Assembly (NCBI GenBank): GCA_002633005.1
Contig: NMRA01000498.1
Coordinates: forward strand, 237,772 to 301,771
Length of the DNA stretch: 64,000 nucleotides
DNA from: Phoronis australis
Taxonomy: Eukaryota; Animalia; Phoronida
Direction of reading: 5' to 3'
Each line of letters begins with the position of its first letter. Position 1 is the stretch's first letter. Below the pieces are notes generated by a model. That model was not told the origin of the DNA and searched no databases. It was given only the letters and a program-made list of their open reading frames with translations. This document shows positions 22,768-36,800 of this stretch, piece after piece. Position numbers and translations under genes: made by a program.

Positions 22768-24871
22768 GTTTAAGCGATCCTGTATTCTTTTGTTTCCTCA
22801 CAAAACTCTGTTTGAGAGTTCAGAAAAAAATATCAAAAAAGTGCGGGGGCCCCAGCACTAAAATATTTTTGTATTGATTCGGCTGTTTACACCCTATAAC
22901 ACCACTTCTCTGAGATGGATAGGTAAAGTCCACGATCACTCGATACTAAATTTGGCGAATTCCGTATTTGTTTGACGTGACTTGTATTCCCACCGAAGCC
23001 CACGTACTGTACATAAATAATATGACTGATTCCCGGCCAAAACGCTAGATGTCGTGGTAGCTACCTGTTCACGTGAGCAGTGGCAGGGTTTAAAACGTTG
23101 AACTATGCGCATATACTTGCACCGAAAACGGACGAGTAATCTAGGTAGTTCGTTTACCTATTTGTGTCGCATGTATAAGTTTCAACAATAATATCAGCAA
23201 TACACAGTATTTACTTTGTCTCTTGGAACCACATGAAATCGCTCCTCGAAAATTCGCTTTCCGTCGACGAGTACTCCACCGTTAGGAAACTATTTCGTTT
23301 TAACTATAAAGAAATAATTCTTTTGACAATAGAAAATATTTTAGTCGCGCACATAACGGAAGGGGACACTGACTTAATTTTCATTAATAGGACATTATCA
23401 GTCTTATGGCCGAAAACGCCTTTTGGGAATTGTTGTTGTATGGGATGTACTTCTTGGAAGTCAACAAAATCCGTTGAGTTTTTGAGATTTTGTCACAAAT
23501 CGTCAGTTCTCGCCGTTATGACTTTTCAGTCTCAACTACGCGCTTAAACTGATTTCAGAAACGCCTTTTTGCCGATAGTCTCCCTATAAGGTATATCAAG
23601 GAGCGCCGCCACTCAATTTGTTGTAAAATGAAATGCGCTCACTGTAAAACCTTAATATTTTAAGAGCAAAAATGATACAGCCCAGACAATGAAAAGCAAC
23701 AATTATAAATCTATTTTACCTATTGACCTACTCATTTCGGGGTTACAGTAGGACGCGGAAAAAAAATTATAACGACGCGTACGGCTTTAACGAGACATCT
23801 TTTTCTAAGCACAAACATATTGTAACAGTCCAATGTACTCCACCGATACTTCTGGAAAGATCAAAAATTAAATTTTTGATCAATAAAAATTTCATTGGCA
23901 CACTGCCACGGCACGATTTATCACACGACGAAATTCGCTCCTGGTTTTATGGTAGTGTAGGTCCTTATTAAAGTCTGTGTATTTTGCCAAATGTGTACGG
24001 AACTATAAAATTTGTTAACTCAGTTAAAGGATATATTTCATGAATGTAGAAACTGATTTCGACTTCATATCAGTCTCAAATTAATTGGGCCATGTGACCA
24101 GACTTTTTGTCAAAACTTAGCAATAAAGAAAGGCACATTTATAGCAAAACAACTGTAATAATAACATGACCAAATTTGGTTTGAAATAAATGTTCCAGAT
24201 CAAATCTCAAAAACACTGTTATAGTTTTTAAAATTATTTCATTTCGTTTACGTTTTCTGCAACTTTTGATTTTTTTCACGTCTTGTCAGTAGAAATATGC
24301 AGCATTTAAAAAATTCCTGAATGAGTTTTGGAGAACATGACATAAATCATGGTATATTAAAGTTTCATAGGAATCCAATCAGCCATTTCTGAGACTTGAT
24401 GCTATAAAACAACCGAATGTGGGGATTTTTCTAAGGTGCCACATAACTTTAAGAGCCACACTTGATTTTAGGACCAAAAACGCATTTTGAGGATTATCGT
24501 TGTATAGGCCAAAATTTTTGAAGATGCTAGCTTTGAACAAATTTATAAATCAACAAAATCTGTACTATTTTTGTGATTTGATTACAAATCGCCAAATCTC
24601 TGTTGGCTGCCAGTCTTTCGCTGAAAGCGAGGCCGGTGACTTGACAGTGGAATACTCTGAAGCTGCATTTCGTTCCAGCTTTCCATCAATGTTGAATTTC
24701 TATCAAAGCGCTTAGGGTTTAAAAACATTACTGAACTTGAGTTATTGCCGCAAAAGTCGACAACTTAAGTCACACCCCGGTGGAAAAAAGTGTAGACGTA
24801 CACGTACGTGCGACATTTTTAGAATCCGCAATTTTAGGATTGGCCAACCCTAAGATAAAATCAATCCATCC

Positions 24872-24968
24872 GAGGCCAACTTCACTAAAATCTGAAACGT
24901 TTTCCTCAGACGCTGATGACGAGACCAACTTTATTAAAATCTGAAGCGTCTTCTTAATATGCTGATGG
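24872..24968 (+). repeat. ~49-bp tandem duplication (2 diverged copies)
   Basis: gaggccaacttcactaaaatctgaaacgt...gctgatga / gagaccaactttattaaaatctgaagcgt...gctgatgg; the continuation gctgatggtttc..gttcttgttgg recurs at ~26603. Confidence 0.6.
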
Positions 24969-25910
24969 TTTCAATGTTCTTGTTGGTAACGGAAATAGAA
25001 TCCTCATTTATTTAAAGAGACAAAACGTATTAATGGCTACTAGTCAATAAACGTTTTACAGAAAGAACCGACAACTCTCCACTTTTACGTTAACCGGGAT
25101 ACCAAGATTTTAAAATATGTTTCCAGTATTTTCTAATTTCGTTTTTTTTTTAATTCTCAAGGAAATTCAACAACTCGAAGGCCTTTTTAAAAAATGTAAG
25201 ACTCAACGAGTTAGATATTTGTGTAATCCGACTACGGGACTATAGATGAAAGTTTTAGTTAAATATGAATATGCGTTGTGCACTGTTCAGTGGTCGCGTT
25301 TGGAACCGTAAGTGTCAACTATCGCCGGAACTTAGTTCACTGACCACATTTGCCGACCATACATAAAGAGACAATTCCCGCCTTGCCCGTGAATCACGCG
25401 CTCAGCAAGATCGGAAATCTTGCGTCAAACAGCTCTGGATTTAACGGTCAAACAAGTACGCTTTGTTCTTTTGTAGATTTTTTGTCACATTCCACGGGTT
25501 ATATCTACAGAATGGTATGTTACTTGACAGGAGTCGTCAATACTCAACCGACAAGTTACAGTATTTATAAAACTAGCGTTTCTACACTGTTCCGTCCCAG
25601 TGCTTCTGTTTAGGTTTCCGAAAAACAAAACTAACATGAGCCACTTATTCTAATACAAATTAGTCGCGAAATTTTCTTTATCATGGTAGTATTTTATTTC
25701 CTTGTCAGCGACGAACATGCAGTACAGCTGTAATAAAAAAATCAGAAAGTCACGGGACTAGCCAAGCTGCCAGCTTCCAAAATTTGAGCGCTTCAATCAA
25801 TCTTGTGTATTGAGAATCTCCAATCTTCCAACTACAATCGCATGAGCACACCCAGCCTAAAATATATGGGGNAGGGGGGGGGGGCATGGCCCCCTCTAAA
25901 TCCGCCACTA

Positions 25911-26123
25911 GGGGGTATGCGGAGCTTTTATTGAAAAAAATTCACCGAGGAGTAAAAAAACGGGGCCACTAGGTTCCGTCAGGCCTACGTATTGTGTGTC
26001 CGCGCCAAATTCCTGTGGACTTTTTTCTCATTTGCTCAAACTGTTTGTTTCGTTGAGGCGGACCTTTTTGCCCAATTTACCAAATTGGGGGGAGAACGAG
26101 CCCCCCCCCTGGGTGCGCCCATG
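25911..26123. mobile_element. Partial copy of the CATGCGCGCACCCAG-TIR MITE family
   Basis: Ends ccccctgggtgcgcccatg; internal gaggcggacctttttgcccaattt is shared with other copies. Confidence 0.6.
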
Positions 26124-26363
26124 ACTCGAATGTTGAAACTGACATTATCACGGCAAGGGAATTTCAATTCCAGTTACTCAGGTGTTGCCTTAGGTTACTA
26201 ACCCGTTTGTTTTACTTACATTTCACCCATTTCAGGGTTTTAAAACTTTACCACTCTTTTCGATACTGAATTACTGTCACATGACCAGTCAACTCAAGTC
26301 ACAGGCAATGCGTATTTTTTCGTATCCGCGACTTTAGAGTTGACCAACTCCAAGTGAAACTCT

Positions 26364-26588
26364 CCAGTGGCAGATCTACGCCCAGTAAGGGGGAGGGGGT
26401 TAGGATTCGAGTGAATCCGAGGCGCGTAGGTCGGGAGAGGGTTTCCCTCCTCCCGTGTAAGATTTTTTTTGTGGTTTTTAGTAGCTAATTTCATTTTTCT
26501 AGCGACTTTTTTAAAAAAATATTTTTGATCCTGTCCCGAGGGGGGGAGGGGTTCAACCCCCTGAACCCCCATGTAGATCCGCCTCTGG
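26364..26588. mobile_element. MITE with CAGTGGCAGATCTAC/GTAGATCCGCCTCTG termini
   Basis: Imperfect ~16-bp TIRs and G/C tracts; related copy at 48599-48793. Confidence 0.7.
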
Positions 26589-29500
26589 CGTTCTCTGGAG
26601 TCGCTGATGGTTTCGACGTTCTTGTTGGAAACAAATAGAGTCCCATCATCGGCAATGACTTAATCTGTTTTCGTTTTTTTGCCAGCTAAACATGGCCAAA
26701 TGCAGTGTAATCGTTTAGATTTGTTTAAAACCAGTTTATTTACACGGAGTTTTACGACTGGAAGCCGACTCGCTAAAAACAGACAGAACATGGCGAGGTG
26801 ATTACGCAGTATTTGTGCTCTCCGTTACGCACGAAAATACTGCACAATTTATTTCCACAAAAACGGAGACGGTGTAGCAAAATTGTAGAGTCGACGTAGA
26901 CCAGCAGAATGGACTCGAGGGTACTCGATAAATACTACGAAATCAAACGACACAACAAAATTGAGTTATGAAGCCAACACGAACAAGAATCACAGCGTGT
27001 TTGAAAACCTTTTACATGAATAAACTTTTTTAAGTTTACTTACAGAAAGAAAAAAAAATTAGCGATGAAATACAATAGAAAAGAAAACAATCAAACACCA
27101 ACACATTCTTTCTCGCATCCGCACAGTCCAGCTCTGCATAAATTTATACTGAATGTATAAGGGTTTCAAAACATCCCAGAAAGTCAGTGGTTGATTCTCT
27201 TGATTTCATACTTTTCCACTTCTTGACAGTGTCAAATATAATTGGGTGAAACCTCTTAAGTACATGTCTGGAATACATGAAGACTTAGAACAAGTATATA
27301 TGAAGTATTGTGCTTAAGTTAATACGTGATTAATTTCATAACAATGAACATACGTGACTTTTGTAAAAACCAACCCACGCCATTGTTATTGAGAGACAAT
27401 GGGTATGAAGACGAAGAACTCAGACCCCACCGACCGCAGTGAAATAAATGCACTGCACGTCTACAGTCAACCCAGCACTGTTAACTCAGTTATTGCCTTC
27501 CTGTCACAAAAGGATGTGTTACTTGTCTGCCTGACAGCACCGGGAAACGATAGGTAAAGGCAACGTGCGGGAAATCTAACCGAAACTCAACAGAGACCTT
27601 GGCAGTCGACTGACATGCTACCGAGCAACGCAGGTCTACACTCAATCATCACCTACCAACTCGGGAGATCGCGAGACAGTTTCCTAGCACAATCCTAAAT
27701 CTGAGAACTGTACCTTAATAAGAGTTAATTAAAGCCTATAACACAGTCTGGGCATCCCATCTTTTTACAGACCACAATGGAAATAAGTCCGTCTTTTTAT
27801 GGTATCCCTGTCTTACTCTTGAACTTTTATTTTTTGTCTTGTTTTGTACTTTTCTTTTATTTCTCTGTACTTGTGTGATTTTTGATTATCATTATCATTA
27901 TCATTGTTGAATTATACCTTTCAACATTTTAATACATCAAGAGTTAGTGACAGCACAGTCCACGATCAAGAGATAGGGGATACTTTGGATTACCTTTCAC
28001 CTCTTGACCAGCATTACAACAAGTCTACAACAATTCCACCCCCCTCCAGGCGTGATCAAACACCCATGGCCCGATCATTGCGATCCTAATTCAGGGCCTC
28101 CACAGAATAAAGATCGAATGAAGAATTTCCGCCACAGAGATCACTTTCTGATGAGAGAGGGGGTAAACCCCTCTGAGCCTTTCCCTGTAGATCCGCCATT
28201 GTCTTCTCAAGAGCTTAATGACATAATAGGACATCATTTCAGCGACAGCAGTATGTACAGAAGCTTTAGGTGTGGCGATTGGATGACTCTTTAGCAAACA
28301 ATGTAGCAGAAGAGTGAATTTTTTTATTTTTGACAAATTTCCTGACAAAATTAAATATTCATAAAATTGTACTGGTTTGAAAATCATAGTTTGTACCTAA
28401 CAGCTGTTACATGAAGAATGATTCATTATTCTTAGCAAAGAAGCAATGCTTTGCATGATGGAAAGTGATAAAATTGAGAATTATTTTGTGTAAAGAACTT
28501 AGGTTGTCAATGTAACTAACCTAGTATGCTACTATCAACAAATATCAGTCAACTACTAAATATGTATGCATAAATGTGTATAATAATTATTTATTTCTAC
28601 TGTATATCTGTATTGCAATACTTGCTGAATGAGTAAAAGAATTAGGAAATCTCTACATAAACTGTGACTTTTAAATTACATTTTACAAATTCTAAACAGA
28701 TCTTGGCAATTTGTCTCCATCTCATAATCAAGACAGTAAAACTAGTACCAATTCGAAAAATTGCAATCATCTGAAAAAAGATAAACAGTGTACTTCGAAA
28801 CAAATAGAGTACTTCACCTAGCATATCACTCTGACATAAATTAAAAGCACACAACAAAATAGAATTAAAAAACATAACAAACTGACTATCTGTAATCAAC
28901 ATCAACACAATTTAAATTTTCTTCTTTTAATAAGATTCTTTGAGGCTGTTTAAAATGCATTTTGATATCACATGCACAGTTCCAATGCAACGTAACGATT
29001 TGTGTAAACTAGAACTTTACAGTACTACGATACACAGTAATATCTGTCATGCCCAAAAATGCAAATATAGACAAAGGGTGGTGCACCCAGCTGTACCTAA
29101 CACCATTGTAGGTACATGATTGCAGCAAATGTGACTCAAATGTTTTTAAAACAATAAGAAAGATTGTGACTGACAGTAATTCAACCCTAGTGTATCCACA
29201 CTTAGCCACTTCACAAACCACTGCAATGAACCAGTTGTCAACAAAATTTCACATACGAAAGACTTATCTCCAACTTTATGCTGAAACTACGATAAAACAC
29301 CCTTCTTAACAAACACTAAATGAAAAATTTGTTCACTGATTTTTAGACAACGGCCACAAGACAAATTTTTCTTCTGTGAAAATCCTTGAATTGGGTGCAA
29401 GCGACACCGAGCAGTTAGCCAAGTTGAGTTTTCCATTGACTGAAATAAAGTAATTCCAAATTTCATCAGTTAACAGTAGTCGTTCTTTAAAATTTATCAA

Positions 29501-30849
29501 AAAACAAAGGTACTAACATTGATAGCAAAACAATGCTATCAACAACATGAACAACTTATATTTGATATAAATGTTCAAGGTTAAATACCAAAAACGCTCT
29601 TACTGTTTTCTAAAATATCATTTCATTTTTGTTTATGCAACTTTAAAGATTTTTTTATGAAAACCCTAAAAGTCCTATTTTTGATGGCCCCTCATGCAAA
29701 AGTGGAACTTTTACAAAACAATTCCTTATACCATATTTAAGACCAGTACATAAAGCAGCATCTGGAAGTTTCATATTAATTCCATTAGCTGTTACTGAGA
29801 TGTGATGTTGGAAAGTCAGCCAAGTTTGGCCAAATTTATAGGTTCCTAAGGAACCCTAAAGGGACAATATCTGGTTTATGGTTAAAAATGCACGCTAAGG
29901 ATTATCGTTGGACGGGAAAGAATTCTTCAAGTTAATAGCTTTAACCCTTTTGATTGGATTCCAGAAGCCTATTTTGAACGAGCAGCAAACGGTCATGCCG
30001 CACGCTACACTTGTTGGCGTGACTTTCCTGTTCCCCCCTCCATTTGTCATTCTTTGCAGTATTCCACACCTGCCGTGTCCCACTGTTGTGTTACTAGCTT
30101 TTGCTCTGCGGTGGTAGTACTGCGTCATTTTATTTCCACTTGAGAATGAAACAGGTATGTTTTGAAATATCGTGTGTCTTTTAATCATGTCTCTTGGTCA
30201 GTTGATTTACCAATGTTTTGTTGAATGTCGAACTTTGTTCCGAGGATACGAATGGAATGTAATAAAGATTTGTTAACAACGACAAGTGTCGTGTCTTAAA
30301 CAACTTTTAACCAGAGTAATATAAGAACAAAATCCTTTGTACTTTTATTGTCAGTTGCCAATTCTTGCCATGGTCTAACAGACATTTGCCGAGATCAAGG
30401 CAAGTGACTATATCCATTAAATACACTTTTACTCTGCTTTTTGTCAACTGGTGTGTATCTTTGCCAACAGACCATTTGGCTGCGACGATGGAGGAAGTGG
30501 GTTCGTTTTGGCTGATCTCAGAAAATTACTTTTCTCGCTGGCAACTGTGCCTTCAACATTTCAGTGATTGGTCAGACCAAGGTAGTCATCAGCATGATCT
30601 CAAAAACAGGACAAAAACCAAATGATAACTGATTTAGCAATGTCCAATCTGAGTAGGAGTTCCATACACACAGTCACCTTCAACATATTGCCCATTTCTG
30701 TCTGTCCCCAGCCCACGTCACAAAGATGCAAAGACTGGCTTGGCCTTTCTGAAAACGAGTTTGGTGTCACCCGTCCTGTAGCTGCCAAGCATGGTCTCTG
30801 TGCCTACCTGTCAAAGACATCCGGCTCCTCTCCCGGCGTACCAGCGACA

Positions 30850-33800
30850 TTATGCTTGAATATAGGTCTGAAAACTCTTCTTGATGTCCACCAGAGGGAA
30901 CATCTGTCTCCAATGTCGCACGGCTACGTGGTCCAGTTTGGCACAAAAGGACAGGTCGAAGAATTTCAGCTTTTTGCATTTCTCAAGAACACTGCAATAA
31001 AGAAACAAACTGAAAAGCCACGGTGAAAGATAGCCAAAGGCTGAATATCAACACAAAATTGAAAACAAGAAAAAGTTGCAGAGAAAGATGTGCTGATGTT
31101 TAAAATACCCTTTTGGTCTGGAATACCTTGTAGAGGTTTACAATACATGGTAAGTTAGGATTCCTAATTCTACTGCATGACATGACAGACTGAGTGGGGT
31201 GCACTAGATTCGTCACCGTCAGTTTGGCTTATCCTACCCTTTCGTTGGTGACGATAACCCTTTTACTGCTGCCTTTAATTAAATTTGAAATTTATTCAAC
31301 TTAGCCTCCATAATGCAACTCACTGTTGTAAACAAAGGTCAAATACACCAGAGGAGAGTTCTGTGGGCACAATCAGCAACTTGCAATANAGCTTTTTGCA
31401 TTTCTCAAGAACACTGCAATAAAGAAACAAACTGAAAAGCCACGGTGAAAGATAGCCAAAGGCTGAATATCAACACAAAATTGAAAACAAGAAAAAGTTG
31501 CAGAGAAAGATGTGCTGATGTTTAAAATACCCTTTTGGTCTGGAATACCTTGTAGAGGTTTACAATACATGGTAAGTTAGGATTCCTAATTCTACTGTAT
31601 GACATGACAGACTGAGTGGGGTGCACTAGATTCGTCACCGTCAGTTTGGCTTATCCTACCCTTTCGTTGGTGACGATAACCCTTTTACTGCTGCCTTTAA
31701 TTAAATTTGAAATTTATTCAACTAAGCCTCCATAATGCAACTCACTGTTGTAAACAAAGGTCAAATACAGCAGCTATCACCAGAGGAGAGTTCTGTGGGC
31801 ACAATCAGCAACTTGCAATAACAAGGTACCAAACCACATGGTCAACGGACTCATAAACACGAACACGGACGCATGAACACGACTCAGGGACCTGCAAACA
31901 CCGTCCACTGACTCACAAACAAGGGAACGGACTCACAAAACACGATCCACGCACCCAAATACACGGGACACGGACTCATATTCACGAGGAAACACGGTTA
32001 ACGGACCGCCAAACACGGGTCACGGACTCATCGGCTTCATGGGTCAGCTGACATCATCATTTTGTCTGTGACCCGTGTTTGGCGGTCTGTTGACCGTGTA
32101 GTTTAGGTGCCTTGAATAAGAGTAGCAGGTATGTTGGAAATCTCTATTGAGCGTTGACAGATCAGCCACACCCGTTAATCTTTCAGTGTAATATAACAAC
32201 ATGTACATTAAAACCCATTTAATTTGAATTATCAGGACTGGCAAATTGTATCAAGACGAAGTCCGAATTACATGCAGAAATGAGAAGACGTACTACTGAG
32301 AACAAACATTCAAAGGATCTTTGTCTTAGTTAATGTCTCAATGAAATCACGTGGTGGTGAATCTTTCCACTGAAACAATGAACGAATCTCATGCAGTCCA
32401 TGTTTTTATCGCGTGAATTTAGAAACTCTAACTCACAGAGTTAAAGAACCAAAGGAGGAGTTTATGCCCCAAAATCAACATATAAAAATAATTGCAGGCT
32501 GTCTGCCCTGGTACATGTTGTACCAGACGTGCACAGGCCGCGCATGCGGGCCCATTGCACTGATCACCTGAAACGATTTTTGTGCTTTACTAATATATAT
32601 ATGGTTAAAACCGAGCTGAGGAGCTAGAAATCTGACTCAAGGGTCTAGCAGTGTGGCACAGCCAGACTAGAACCCACGACTTCGAGTAAAGAAAGTCAGT
32701 ACCTATCACGCTAGGCCACACTGCGTTCTTTACCCTTAAATAAACCACAAACACACTGCTGCATGGTGCTTTGAGCAAAAATGTGACAAGTGGCAACCGA
32801 CTCATTTTGCAACTTTAACATTACACTGTTACCACTGCACTGCCTCCGGCCCTACGTCCGGGCAACCCAGTATGTCAATCTGCTCCATGTCCGGTAGGAA
32901 GTGAGCCACGCCCATCAAACCTTCGCTCGAGAAGACTCTACAACAAAGTAAACCCATGACAACTTCCCAACAAAAAACAATTTAATCTTTAGTACTACAT
33001 TAGCCATTCTTAGTTACATCAATTTGGCATACAATGTCAATATGGCTGACAAGTGGATTTTTGTTTTTTATTCTGTTCAGTTTTAATTCGTTAAGAAAAA
33101 ATTCCTTCTACTATATTAGCATGATTTGTGCAGCATACTTGTCACTGAACAACACACGGTATGATTTGGGCAGCGTACTTGTCACTAAACAACACACGGC
33201 ATGATTTGTTGCAATCTGGTAAGCCTTTCAAAAATGACACATGCACGGATATTTGTTGGCTTTACAAATTTGTTGCAGTTGGTACTTCAACATGGCGTGC
33301 AAAAATAAAACTTTGTTAGAACAACAAACGTGCTGGAATAAAAAAGACAAAAAAGAAATTTCAACTCAGCCCATTTTTCGGCGCCTCATTCTTTGTCAAT
33401 AGAGACTTGTACAAGAACGATGAGTGACACCAACACTCAATATCACCAACAAACGCTGAAGTAGGTTTGTGTGGAACAGAGAAACTAAGTATTGCATGAG
33501 GGATGACCTGCTTCACGACGATAAAGACACTGGCTTAAATGTCTTAAAGGTGTGGTGGTTAATTGGCGTGCGAGTCTGCGATGCTAAACAAAAGACTGCA
33601 GGAAGGTTAAAATGGACTAGGTTGATATCAAGATTTGGAAACCGCCGTTGTCTGGAGAGTTATTTAGAATCTCGATACAAAACAGATTAGCAGTGCTGCA
33701 GGAAACAACATGTGACAGGAAGGAAGCCAGACAAGTGTGCAGCATTGTGGGTAAATCTTTCCGAATTTGAGCAAGACCTGTCAGTGGCACTTTGTGATAA

Positions 33801-36800
33801 GACTAATAATACTTCCCCAAAGTTAAAGAATATTAATTATGAATTATTATTAATTATGAACACTTACTTGTTAGCTGTAAGAAAAAGTTTCTTCAGCTTA
33901 GGACAAGACTTAAAAATCTGGATAAATGTCTTGTTGGAACTAATCAGCCTCAAGTGGGAGCTGAAAATTAAACGATAAGAATATTTAAGGGGAGCTTTGT
34001 TTAACATATACTGCTATTACTTTCACACTAAAAGTGAGTTTGAGCATGGACCTAAAATAATTAACTCCATTTGTGAACAAGAGCAACNNNNNNNNNNNNN
34101 NNNNNNNNNNNNNNNNNNNNNNNNNNNNNNNNNNNNNNNNNNNNNNNNNNNNNNNNNNNNNNNNNNNNNNNNNNNNNNNNNNNNNNNNNNNNNNNNNNNN
34201 NNNNNNNNNNNNNNNNNNNNNNNNNNNNNNNNNNNNNNNNNNNNNNNNNNNNNNNNNNNNNNNNNNNNNNNNNNNNNNNNNNNNNNNNNNNNNNNNNNNN
34301 NNNNNNNNNNNNNNNNNNNNNNNNNNNNNNNNNNNNNNNNNNNNNNNNNNNNNNNNNNNNNNNNNNNNNNNNNNNNNNNNNNNNNNNNNNNNNNNNNNNN
34401 NNNNNNNNNNNNNNNNNNNNNNNNNNNNNNNNNNNNNNNNNNNNNNNNNNNNNNNNNNNNNNNNNNNNNNNNNNNNNNNNNNNNNNNNNNNNNNNNNNNN
34501 NNNNNNNNNNNNNNNNNNNNNNNNNNNNNNNNNNNNNNNNNNNNNNNNNNNNNNNNNNNNNNNNNNNNNNNNNNNNNNNNNNNNNNNNNNNNNNNNNNNN
34601 NNNNNNNNNNNNNNNNNNNNNNNNNNNNNNNNNNNNNNNNNNNNNNNNNNNNNNNNNNNNNNNNNNNNNNNNNNNNNNNNNNNNNNNNNNNNNNNNNNNN
34701 NNNNNNNNNNNNNNNNNNNNNNNNNNNNNNNNNNNNNCACTTCATCCCACTCTCCCCCTCTCCTTCCCCCTCTACCTCCACCCAACATTTCCCCAAACAC
34801 AAGCTACTTCTACCAATAACCCATATCTCGGCCAAAACTTCAGCTTAACTATTCACTTGAAAACAGGAACAACTCACCACCATCCTAACTCTAACTCCTC
34901 GAGGCCAGGGCATCCACCTGCAAGTTCCAGCAGTCCAGTCTCTGTTAAAGAGTGTGCCCTCCAAACATCCAGTGATTTCAGTTGGCTGTAAGTAACGCGT
35001 ACATGTACATTACAACTAGACACTGAGAGAACAGCTCAAGAAACTCGGTCCTGGCGTGCGTTCAGTAGACGCTAGGACCTACGCCAGGACCTAGCTAAAA
35101 CCTAGTCAAAGTCACGTGTTCTCATTTAAAATGCACGGCAATATCTCACGTAATCTCGCGAAGTCTTGGTTTTTAGCAAGGTCCTAGCGTTACGGGAGGC
35201 AGGTCATACGTCATATTTTTCACAGTACATTCAAAACTACACTGAATACTAATTGTACTTAAATTTACACTATTTGAAGGTAAATGCTTCCTAACTCAGC
35301 AGATAAGGTCATGAAAATTACTTGATGCTGATCCGCACCTGACCCATTTGGAAACCTGCACCTCGCTGTTTAAAGAAAAATGTAAGAATCACATTCACTT
35401 TCAGCAGCACCAGGCGACACTAGAGGAAAAATGGCGAATCCTGACATAGTTCAGCTACCACCAGGTGGCCGCTTATTTTTGAAAATATGGTCAACCAAAA
35501 ATAACCCCAGCACATCAATTTGCAAAAAAAGCAGAATTAATCATGGCCTAATATGGTGGCCAAATAAAATTCTAGTTGGTCGAGAGTACCATCTGTCAAC
35601 AAGAGTAAACATCCAGTCACTATAAGTAAAACTTAAAACATGGTTTGCAGAAACTTTAGCAATTATTTTAGGGCAACAGCTTCACTAGAAACATTTAAAA
35701 ACGCAATAAACCTGCACTGTCAGTCAAAAACTAACTTTTAATTTAGTCCATTTAATGTCATAAAATAGGTTCCTTACTCACTTGAGAAATGATCTCAAAA
35801 CTTGGAGAATTGATTGGCTGTTGCTGGATCAGACCAGGCTCACTGAGTTGCTTTATAACAGTGGATGAGTTATAAGAGAAAAATTATGGCCACGAGGGCA
35901 GATCTAGCCGTTATGTTACTTCAACCAATTTCAACTCGAAGAAAGAACCCGGTGGAAGTGCAAATATGTCTGCTTGTGAGAAGAAAACTGGAATATCCTT
36001 TACTGCGGCTTTAAACATTTGAGCCTACTTACAAAAGACATTTTAACTGGAAATACTTACGGACTATTCCTTGCTAGGGCCAAGGCTACAGAATCAAAAT
36101 TCTTAATATATTGGCACGAGCCCAGATTAAGATGCTCCAGCTTGTTACAACTCCTACAACAGTACAATTACAACAATGGATGGAGATAAACTCTCATTTA
36201 ACAAAGCAGGCTACGCCATTGTTAATCTGACAGTCCATTGCAAATTACGTTTGTGGATTTTGGCTACGTGAACTCCACACCGAGAGTCACATTTACTGGG
36301 ACAGTTGAACAGGGTCAAGGGCAAGTATAAATTACGAAAAGATTGTATGTTGGAGATTTTTGAGTGTCATTATTTAACCAGAAGATTTCTTTAACTTAAG
36401 ACTTTGAAAAGTTGTGAAAGCCATATGAATAGAACAGAGCATAACTTACACTATATTGATTGTGAAGCAAACTTAGGGGCTTCCGGGAGTGTAGACTGGA
36501 CACACTATTATCACTGATCAGAACTGAATAGGCCTTTGCCCAGTCTTCAAGAGTGGGGAATAAAACATGGTAATAATGTCCCATCAGTTAGTGGGACTAC
36601 TGGATACACAATTAAATCAGATGATCTGAATTACAGCTATCTCCCACAAAGCTTGGTCGATTTTTGCAAGGAAAAAAATCTTTATACTCAAATTTTTATG
36701 AAGAATTCAAATGTGGGCTCCGTTTCCATCCACACGAAAGGTGAATAATGAAATCAAACGTCTTAATTCTATAGGCAACTCTTATCTTAATGCTGTAAGA

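Noticed and set aside
24024-24452. Possible TTAA-flanked Kolobok-like element
   Set aside because: Terminal symmetry is limited to ttaaag/ctttaa, too short to support a call.
27360-27905. Possible degenerate LINE 3' end with (TTATCA)n tail
   Set aside because: No RT or endonuclease motif could be read; resemblance is compositional only.
33985-34848. Long ORFs across the N run (also 52880-53317)
   Set aside because: Artefacts of translating gaps.
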